From assembly GCA_951406725.2 (NCBI GenBank), contig OX597817.1, forward strand, positions 170,934,001 through 170,998,000: 64,000 nucleotides of DNA, written 5' to 3'. The notes beneath the pieces are model-generated. The model was given only the letters and a program-made list of their open reading frames with translations. It had not been told where the DNA came from and made no database searches. The position numbers and the translations under genes are program-made. Positions 53,589-64,000 of this stretch are shown here, one piece after another; the first letter of the stretch is position 1; each line of letters opens with the position of its first letter. Origin of the DNA: Octopus vulgaris. Taxonomy: Eukaryota.

Positions 53589-54489
53589 GTTTCTTTACGT
53601 TTCCATCAACCAAACCCATTCACATGACTTTGGGTTGCTGGACGTTATGGTGGAAGACCTTTTCCCAAGGTTCCATACAGTGGGATTGAACCCAAGACCA
53701 CAAGTTTGTGAAACAAACTTCTCAACCACACAGCCACACCTACACCTATTCATATTCAACAACAATCTATAATTATCGGTCATAGGGACTCTTCTGAAAG
53801 TCAGAATTACACAGAACTTATAAACGATTGGTGATGCCACCAAGGGCAAATGAAATAATTGAAAGTTCCATATAAATAAATATAGAAATGGCCAACATGT
53901 CTGTCTAAAATTAATTGCAGGAAATAAATTGGTCATTTGATATTGTTCCTGGGATTTCTCTGTAAAATGGTAAATTAGGCAGATCTTATATTACTGTTAG
54001 TTGATGCAGTGAGTAGATGCGAGACAGAAGATTTGACTCCGAGATGATAGAGTAGGACAGAAAGCTTAAGAGAAAATTTCAAGGAATTTACTCAAAGATA
54101 ACAAAAGACAGGAATGAATTTCAGAGGGATTTCAAGACAGCTTTGAGAGATTTTACTCACAAATACTTCCAGACTATTCTGAAATTCATTAATTTCAGAT
54201 GATTCCTGACCATCTTCAGCATTCTTCAAATACATTTAACTGTGGCCTATAAAAATCAATAGACAGCTCAGCCACCATTCTTCTACAGATGTTATCCAAC
54301 AGAATTGTCCTGACAGAATAATTCCAACCAAACATTGTCTTCTAGTGAGTGGTGAGTTACTTTTAAAGATTTGAATAGTTTTTCTACCCCTCCCCCACCA
54401 CCACCATTCTCACCCCCCCATCTCTACTTTTCTTTCTCATCTCAGTCACAAGTGTTTCTATATATCACAGAACATTGGCTCATGCCATG

Positions 54490-54523
54490 ATATTGATGGT
54501 GATGGTGGCAGTGCTTGTGATGA

Positions 54524-54557
<34 letters not shown>

Positions 54558-54622
54558 GGTGGTGGTGGTGAGGATGATGATGGTGGTGATGGTGGTGGTG
54601 GTGGTGGTGGTGGTGGTGGTGG

Positions 54623-54656
<34 letters not shown>

Positions 54657-54854
54657 GAGGATGATGATGATGGTGGTGGTGGTGGTGGTGGTGGTGAGGA
54701 TGATGATGATGATGGTGGTGGTGGTGGTGAGGATGATGATGATGATGGTGGTGGTGGTGGTGAGGATGATGATGATGATGGTGGTGGTGGTGAGGATGAT
54801 GATGATGGTGGTGGTGGTGGTGATGGTGGTGATGATGGTGGTGGTGGTGGTGAG

Positions 54855-54887
<33 letters not shown>

Positions 54888-55010
54888 GATTGTGGTGATG
54901 ATGGTGGTGGTGATGATGGTGGTGATGATGATGGTGATGATGGTGATGATGACGATGATGATGATGACGATGATGATGATGACGATGATGATGATGGTGG
55001 TGATGATATA
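54490..55010. repeat. (GAT)n/(GGT)n compound trinucleotide array
   Basis: Recurrent GTGAGGATGATG...GTGGTG blocks; source of the poly-His ORF. Confidence 0.95.
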
Positions 55011-55099
55011 GGTAATGGAAGTGAGTTGTTGCTATAGTAGTAATGATGGTAAAAAGATGATAATTGACAATCACTGCCGTTGTCGTTGCAAGTACAGGT

Positions 55100-55235
55100 G
55101 TATATAAGTATGCATATGTGTGAGGGTATATATAGGCAGACATGTATTATATATGCTTATAGACATATGTATAGATGTGTACAGATATGTATGTGAATAT
55201 ACATGCATACATGCATGCATACAAATAGATACATG

Positions 55236-55300
<65 letters not shown>

Positions 55301-55700
55301 ATGTGAGTGCATATGGATGAGAGTATGCATGTATATATCTTCATGCATGCACGCATGCACATACCTACATACACACATGCATGCATATATGCATACACAT
55401 GCATACACGCATACATACATACATACATACATACATACATACACACACATTCACACATACATGCATGCATACATACAAATATACATGCTTATACACATGC
55501 ATACACACAAACATACATAAAAGCATACATGCTTACACACATATATACACACATACATACACACAAACATACATACAAGCATACATGCTTATACACATAT
55601 ATACACACATACATACACACATACATACATACATGCATGCACACATACATACATATTTACACACATACACACACATACATACACACATACATACATTCAT

Positions 55701-55732
<32 letters not shown>

Positions 55733-56025
55733 GCATGCATACACACACCTATACATACATACGTACGCACATACATAGACACACACACACATACATACAT
55801 TCACATTAACATACATACTCACACATTGTTACACATGCACATATACATGCATACACACATATACACATACTTATACACACATATACACATACTTATACAC
55901 ACATATACACACATGTACATACATACGTTCATACGAACATACATATTTACACACATACTTACCATACACACACACACACAAACATACACATACAATCATA
56001 CAAACATACATAGTTACACACATAG

Positions 56026-56085
<60 letters not shown>

Positions 56086-56744
56086 ACATGAAATTCCCTA
56101 AACATAGAAAGACAGTGACATTATTGTATCTGTTCTGTGTGTCTGTGAAACAAACCCACAGATTTCTACTCTAACTCCATTCAAGATATTAACCAAAGCA
56201 GAAATATAAATATCCCAGTATTTACTTTCAAGTATTTATTACAAAGACTGCTTCAGTATTGGCTAATCACACATGATCTAGCTTCCCGGTCGTCTTCATA
56301 GAGAAACTGTTTCCCAACTTTCTCCCATCAATGTTTGCTTTCTGGTAGAAGTTCCTTTGCAAAATACAATATATATATCATGGCTGCACACTTTATCAAA
56401 CCAAACATGCCAGAATAGAGTTGACATAGTTTCATCACTTCCTGTGGCTAGATATTTTGGATGAAGGGGTGGCGGGGGGGGGGGTGGGGGTGATGAGAGA
56501 ATATAAAGTAGAAACAAACAACAGTTTTTGCATTGATGTAGGATGAGGTGGTGAGGAGGGGGTAGAGAAGAAGAGAGCGTTGGGCAAATATAGTGCTAAT
56601 ATGTATATATGTGTGTGTATACTTGTGTATACATATATAAATGCATACATAAACGTATACATAAATACATACATGCATACATATATACAAACATGCATGT
56701 ATACATACATGCATGTATACATACATGCATGTATACATACATGC

Positions 56745-56779
<35 letters not shown>

Positions 56780-56818
56780 TATATACATATATATATATAT
56801 ATACATATATATACACAT

Positions 56819-56855
<37 letters not shown>

Positions 56856-57010
56856 CACATATATATATACATGCATATATATATACATATATATATACAC
56901 ATATATATATACATATATAAATATATATATATACATATATATAAATATATATATACTTATATATAAATATATTATATATATAAGTGTGTGTGTATATATA
57001 TATATATATT
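55100..57010. repeat. CA/TA/CATA microsatellite-rich region
   Basis: Direct inspection; a short unique stretch lies at ~56090-56600. Confidence 0.9.
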
Positions 57011-57597
57011 TCTTTCTTGGTTTGACTACCATCTGTGCAACATCTATATTCCTCGCTATGCCTGTCATCTCTTATATCCCTGCTGTAAGGCTTCACTTCC
57101 ACACACGCCAGCTTAATTTAATTCGTCCTTAGTCGAAAGATACCTGTTGTTAATGTACTTTATTTGCATTTGTATTTGTGTACCATTTCTCCGTTTTTTC
57201 CATCCTTGTTTTCGTAGACGTTTGCTGCTTTCTTCCACTCTTAGCTTAGTTTTTTCTTGGGGCTGGCCAGATTGGAGCAATCTCGAGTATAACCAGCCAA
57301 AATTGTAAAGATAATTTGGAACTCGACTGAAGAAAGAAAACTCCGAATGACCTGTCCTTGTTTTTTCTGTATCATTTGTCTGGATGTTTTGTCATCCCTT
57401 TTTTGTATCATTTAACTGTCTAGATGTTTTGCGTTCTTGTCCCATTTTTGGTATTCCGTTTTTTATACATACATATATATATATATATTATAATAAATTA
57501 GAGACAAAACCACTATTATGCAAATCAAACAAAGAAAGACTTAAGCCAATACATAAAATATAAAATAATTTATATAAATTAAAATTTAACAAATGAA

Positions 57598-57651
57598 TAA
57601 CCACTACGATCGTTTCGTGTCAGCACATCTTAGACATTCTTCAGGTGGTTA
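57598..57651 (-). ncRNA. Type I minimal hammerhead ribozyme
   Basis: Minus: taaccac-CTGAAGA-atgtc...gacac-GAAAC-GATC-GTA-gtggtta. 7-bp stem I, palindromic GATC, A:C at the first stem II pair. Confidence 0.85.
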
Positions 57652-58069
57652 CTGCAAAAATAATCAATCTTCATTTGGAAAAGAAACCTTCAATATAGAT
57701 GATATAGTTTTCTGTCCTTGTTTTCATATACATTTGATGCTTTTCTCCAAGGAATCTAATGCTCTTAGCTTAGTTTTTCCTTGGGGCTGGCCAGATTGGA
57801 GCAATCTCAAGAGGATGATCCTGTTCTTGACTGAAGATCAAAGGCTTTGAATGACCCATCCTTGTTTTTTTGTATCGTCTATCTGGATGTTTTGTTGTCC
57901 CTTTTTCTATCACCGAGTTGTCCTGATGTTTTGCGTTCTTGTCCCATTTTATATTTTATTTTATATATATATATATATCAGCAGCAAAATGTTCAGAAGC
58001 AAATATTTATATAGATATTAATATTGTTATTATTATCGAAGTCAATACAAATGGCTGATAATAACAATA

Positions 58070-58560
58070 TCATCATAGGTGGCCGTAGGCCTAAAACAGC
58101 ATTACCTAGTATATAATCACAGTATATGTGTGTATAATGACTAACACATACATTTCCACATTTCTCAACCAATTTTCACCAAACTTTACACGCTCATTAC
58201 TTATGTCCCGAGGATGGTCATGCATTATAACATTTTGCGCAGAGCTCCCACAAAAATGGACATAAATGGACATAGTTTCTTTGTACGTAGGGTCTTCCAT
58301 ACTTTTTTAATCTTTTCATAAAAGTAAAAGGATTTTGTCGATTTATTTCCCTTGTCCACCAGCGATGGTAATTAAATTGACTATGAATGCTGAACGCATA
58401 CATTTCCACAATTCTCAACCAATTTTCACTATGTTGGGTCTTCCATACATTTTTAATCCTATTATGAAAGTGAATGGATTTTATCCATTTATTTATTTCG
58501 ACTTACCACCTGCGATGTTTATTAAATTGACTACAAATACTGAACACGATGAATATCTAA
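58070..58560. mobile_element. Helitron/HINE-like relic with an internal duplication
   Basis: Hairpin GGCCGTAGGCC near CTAGT (~58081-58110); CATACATTTCCACA..TCTCAACCAATTTTCAC repeated at ~58147 and ~58397. Confidence 0.45.
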
Positions 58561-59474
58561 TACCCAACAATCTTAATCTCCATATTAAAACTGCATTAAT
58601 CTTTGGCAAGCTTACCTATTCTCAGTTACTTTGAAAGGTGATGTTCTCTGCCCTCTCTTCTATTTGTTGATACCTTTGTTTACCTACCATGCAGTATTCA
58701 CTGTTAGTTTATGCACAGGCTATGAGGGAAGACAGAATAAAGGGGCTTTTTTTAGCTTATCTCTGAAAAAATAGCTCCCTTTGCTGTTGAATTAAATAAA
58801 CTTGCAGAGGGGAAGTTTCAGCATCTTCCTTCAATTTCCTTACACATTTATGTGGCTGTTTCTGAAATGAAATTTTGCTTTAGGTTAGACCCTAAAGATA
58901 TGAGGAATGTAAAAGTTAGGGACAGAACTGGAAATGTAGGTGAGTAGAGATTGCAAGGTTGTATGTTAGAAGTGAGAGATCATTAGTGATAGAGAATAAG
59001 TGAAGGGATGAATATTATGAACAAGTGTTGAGAGATGATAAGTACAGAAGATAGAGGAAAGAGAAGAATAGGTGACAACTGCAGAAATTGGGTGGGGTTG
59101 AACAGGAAAAGGCTGAGAGGAAAATCTATGACACTTCAGTGGGGGGGGGCAAGGAGCTGTCTGACAGCATAGAAAAGAAGGTGAGGGTAAAAAGTAGCAG
59201 AATAGTAATAACAATAATAATAGTCACGAATTTTGGTACAGGACCAGCAGTTTTTGAGAGGAGAGGGAAGTCAAAGTCAATTATATCAACTTCACTACTT
59301 GACTGATGCTTATTTTATTGACCCCAAAAGGATCAAAGGCAAAATCAGTCTTGGTGCAATTTGAACTCAGAATGTAAAGACAGATGAAATGCTTAAGTAT
59401 TTTGTCTGTCTTTATATTCTGAGCTCAAATTGTTGATTCTGCCATCTTGCCACCTAAGTAATAACAATCATAGC

Positions 59475-59524
<50 letters not shown>

Positions 59525-59562
59525 TAATAATAATAATAATAATAGTATTAATAATAATAATC

Positions 59563-59890
59563 CCTTAACGCCCGTTTTCCATGCTAGCATGGGTTGGATG
59601 GTTTGACCGGGGTCTGGGAAGCCAGGAGGCTCCAGTCTGATCTGGCAGTGTTTCTACCAACCACTCTGTGAGTGCAGTGGATGCTTTTTACGTGCCACCG
59701 GCACGAGGGCCAGAGGAGGCTGGCAACGTCCATGATTGGTTGGTGCCTTTTACGTGCCACCGGCATGGAAGCCAGTCAAGGCGGTGCTGGCATCGGCCAC
59801 GTTTGGGTGGTGTTTTTTACGTGCCACCGGCACAGGTATCACAACTACAATTTCCATTTGATTTTTATTTTGATGTTGATGTACTTGACT
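59563..59890 (-). mobile_element. RTE 3'-UTR fragment
   Basis: TTTTACGTGCCACCGGCA modules three times plus the terminal TTTCCATGCTAGCATGGGTTGG. Confidence 0.85.
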
Positions 59891-59892
59891 AC

Positions 59893-60093
59893 AAAAGGCA
59901 CAAGGCCTGCAATTTGGGGGGAGGAGGCTAGTCAATTATATCCACCCCAGTACTCAACTGGTACTTAATTTATTGACCCCAGAAGTATGAAAGGCAAAGT
60001 CAACCTTGGTGGAATTTGAACTCAGAACACAGCAACAGGCAAAATACTGCTAAGCATTTCAGCCAGCGTGCTAATGATTCTTCTAGCTCACCA
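59893..60093 (-). mobile_element. SINE family B
   Basis: Family B core and head on the minus strand; another old copy at ~59225-59455. Confidence 0.8.
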
Positions 60094-62205
60094 ATAATAA
60101 CAAAATAACAAATTTGCTAATATGTTTACTGTAGAGAAGGAAGAAAGAGTATGGGAAAAAGAGAGAGAGGGGGAGGTGACATGTCGTTGGGTACATTGTA
60201 AGAGTGTGAGGCAGATGTTGTTAGTGGTGGAGAAACGTATGATGATGGACAAAAGATACTTTGATGGCTATAGTAAGTGATCAATGTAAAACGTGGGTGG
60301 AGAGGACAGCGTTAAGAATGAAAGATGGATAATAAAAAAAATGCAAGTAGTCTCAAGGAAAAGCATTCTATACAATTCTGTTCATAGTTAATTGCATTAG
60401 CAAAATAGCACGGTTATAGCAATGGTGGGTGGTGAGAATGTCTTGAGGAGGAAATTAGACAGGGGTGGGCAGTTGTGCATTAATATTTTCATATTTTGCT
60501 TCAAGATTTTCAGTTCTTCTGAACTGGGTTGGTCTTCTTGAGAGCTGCATCTCACCAGTCATCTTGGTTTTTTGTCATCTCCTCCATGAAGTTCAAGGTC
60601 CTGAGATTAGCCTTCACCAATTCAGTCCATGCCTCCCTAAGTTTCCACAAGATCCATCTACATTGAGTAGCATTTCTATTTACAAATGTTCTCATTCATA
60701 TGCATTATGTGTCCAAATCAGTGCAGTGGCAGTTATAGTGGCAACATTGTCATCATCATCATCAATATCATCATCGTCATCATCATCATCATCGTGTTTC
60801 ATCATCATCATCATCACTAACCCACCACCACCACCACCACCACCATCACCATCAACCTCATCATCACCCCCCTACAGCCATCATCATCATCATCAATGTC
60901 ATCATCATGATCATCATCATCATCATCATGATCATTATCATCATCATCGTGTTTCATCATCAACATTATCATCACTACCCTGCCACCACCCCACTACCAC
61001 CACCATCATCGTTATGATCATCCTCACCACCACCACCCTACATCCATCATCATCACCACCTCCACCTCCACCTTCACCTCCATCCCCATCACCACAACCA
61101 CTGATGGCGCCACCACTACCACCACCACCAACAACAACAACAACAACACCAACATCACCAACACCATCATCATCATCATCATCTTCATCATCATCACCAT
61201 CATAATCATCATCACCATTCCATCCATTCTAATTAATATTTGGTAATATGTTTATAGATGATAACATCTGAAAGTTGCAGCAAGCAGTGCAGCCAATATC
61301 CTGAATCTCTGATAACAATATCAATTTGTTTAAACTTCTATTTAATCTCTTCTCTGTTCTAAAAGAATGTAATGGCTACAAGGCTTTAATATCTGGTTGT
61401 AATGAGCATAACACGGTTGTATAAGCTCTCATCTTTACTACTATCTTTGTTAATATATTGTACCTTTTGAGCCACATACATAAAAACTATTTATTTAATT
61501 TTACCTGATGGAACATAAAGCCGGTTCCATGCCTCTGCATCACAGTTGAATGATAATACTAGGTAAAAAAAAAACCCAGCCATTATTAATGATATTTGCT
61601 TCAACATATATACCAGTGTTGGCAGACTTATGCCATGTAAGTCAATAGTGATATGCCATGCGGTTTTTAGGCGATCTGTGATGAATTTTGAAAAAGAAAT
61701 TTTTCCCTGTGATATCATGTTATAAAAATTTTATTATAGCCACAGGAGTGGCTGTGTGGTAAGTAGCTTGCTTACCAACCACATGGTTCCAGGTTCAGTC
61801 CCACCGTGTGGCAAATGTCTTCTACTATAGGGGACTGAAGCTAAAAAACAATAGTTTCAAATAAAACACCTTGAGCACAAGGTCATGCCTGTACACAAAA
61901 ACTTAATCGTCACCAATATATATATGACAGTCCAATAACAGGAGATTTCAACTTGCCAGGCCAAAACAATATGCTGTCATGAATATTAACCATCTCATAA
62001 TTATTGAATCATGGACAGTGATCAGAGCAAATTCTTTGGAAAGGAATGATTGTTCCAAACCGCCACTTTTTTCCCCTCTCTTAAAATACAGTCTATAATC
62101 AAAAAGAAATTAAAAAGACGGATCAGAAAGTAATACAATTCTTATGTGCATTACTTTTTTATCATTCCTTTCCTATTCAATACAGTTAATTCAGAGCTGG
62201 ATGCA

Positions 62206-62811
62206 AAATTTTTTCCCCACAAGAATTCTGGAGCCCAATAATGAACTCATTTGCATACAGCCAATCAGAGCTCACCTTGACCTTATTGTCAAGTTAACAA
62301 ACACACTCTACCAACTAAACTCGAGATGAAGAATGGTGTTGTAAGTCGACTGATCGCCAAGTCATGTCTGATTTTAGAAGGAGACAATTAATTAGATAGA
62401 TTTGCATCTATACCTATTATTGGATTTTGTTAGGGCCCCTTATGGTAAAGACGTGGATGAGAAAAATATGGGTATAGGGTGAAGTGCTAGCAACCAATTA
62501 ATCAGTGGAGTTAATATGATCAAGTATCATTTTCTAAAATGTTTATATTATTTTTATTAAAGCTTTCTGTATTCAGAATCTTTAGAAAGTAAACAACATA
62601 AGTAACTACACAGAGGCAGCCATGGTTGAAACAAGAACAAGAAGAATCATTAAAAAGAAAAGAAGCATGGTCATTCCTTACCCAAGTGACCTTATTTTAT
62701 CACCCATCACGTGTTACGTGCTCATAAATTAGTTTGATAGTTGAGCTCTGATTGGCTGTTTGCAAATGAGTTCATGACTGGGGTCCAGAACTCTTGTGGG
62801 AAAAAAAATTT
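62206..62811. mobile_element. MITE-like element with ~70-bp inverted arms
   Basis: 62206-62274 is an imperfect reverse complement of 62742-62811. Confidence 0.7.
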
Positions 62812-62857
62812 CGTGGACTGTACAAGGTTTATCAATGTCTTATTGCTAATCGGCTTA

Positions 62858-63084
62858 CTCTCTTTACTCCCTTTTGCTTGTTTCAGTCATTTGACTGCGG
62901 CCATGCTGGAACACCACCTTTATATTCGAGCAAATCGACCCTAGAGCTTATTGCTTATTCTTTGTAAGCCTAGTTCTTATTCTATCTATCTCTTTTGCTG
63001 AACCGTTAAGTTACGGAGATGTCAGCACACCAGCATTGGTTGTCAAGCGATGCTGGGGAGAAAAAAAGACACATAAACATATGT

Positions 63085-63152
<68 letters not shown>

Positions 63153-63155
63153 ATA

Positions 63156-63235
<80 letters not shown>

Positions 63236-63397
63236 GATGAGCTTCTTCCAGTTTCTGTCTACCATATCTATTCACAAGGCTTTGGTCAGCCTGAGGCTAT
63301 AGTAGAAGACACTTGCCCAAGGTGCTATGCAGTGGGACTGAACCCGGGACCATGTGGTTAGTAAGCAAGCTACTTATCACACTGCCACTCCTGCACC
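62858..63397 (-). mobile_element. SINE family A, full length
   Basis: Tail, body, (TA)n and tRNA-like head on the minus strand. Confidence 0.9.
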
Positions 63398-64000
63398 TTA
63401 ATATAAAAAAGAAAATGCTACTTGCTTTTCTCCACAAAGCCCAAATAGCTTCTTCCTAATGTTCTCATTGAGGGTAAAGCAATTTCACATGCAACACCAA
63501 CAACATTTCTCAGCATTCATATTGATGAGTCCCTCGGTTTCAAAACACATATAAGCAATTTATGAAAACAAGATTTGGTATGTTAAATAGAATTTCTTAC
63601 TTTCTTCCCAAAAATGTTAGAATCACTCTTTATTATTCTTTAATATATTCAAAGTTCTCTTACTGTGTTTCTGCTTGGAGAAATTGCAAAGTTCGCTTAC
63701 TCAACCATGTCATTAATAAATCATAGAAGACTCTCAATATAAACAATCATCAATCAAAATTACTTTTGTTTAATAATATATATACATATATATATATTTT
63801 TTTGTTAAATAAATAAGTCAACATTTTAATATCCGAAAACTGATGAACCAACTAAATTGTTTCTCCTTTTTCTTATTTGTATTACATATATTTATATATA
63901 TATATATATATATACTTTATTTAAAAGCAACAGAAATTCAACGAAACCTGTTACTCAGAGTTTCACGTTATATTTCTAAAATGTTGTTGACCCTGTGCCA

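Noticed and set aside
54442-55143. Poly-His ORF, and similar low-complexity ORFs at 33521-34234, 46715-47160 and 60465-61205
   Set aside because: Trinucleotide arrays with no domain or splice support.
61340-61720. Possible hAT/Charlie C-terminal relic (LCSLQPDIKAL, minus strand)
   Set aside because: One short motif and no termini identified.

Overview
AT-rich, microsatellite-dense eukaryotic DNA with no recognisable host gene, so probably intergenic or the interior of a long intron. The repeat families resemble those I recall from Octopus (cephalopod) genomes; this is an inference, not checked. The window is a nest of transposon relics: a decayed Ty3/gypsy gag-protease-RT (~295-2260, -); two 5'-truncated RTE-type LINEs (2755-5098; 47518-50401) whose RT carries an embedded C4HC3 PHD-type zinc finger; CR1 and other RTE 3' ends; a dead mariner; a Chapaev-like transposase relic; piggyBac-, mariner- and Helitron-type non-autonomous elements; and many copies of three tRNA-headed SINE families. 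The most notable signals are: (i) several type I minimal hammerhead ribozymes in Penelope-like fragments that sit in (TA)n tracts, including an inverted pair with a ~90 nt loop 2; (ii) a SINE with one head and eight exact 184-bp bodies inside one target-site duplication; (iii) the PHD finger inside the RT; (iv) a ~280-bp composite SINE junction copied 27.7 kb away. Most ORFs in the supplied track are microsatellite artefacts. All coordinates were read by eye and many element ends are approximate.
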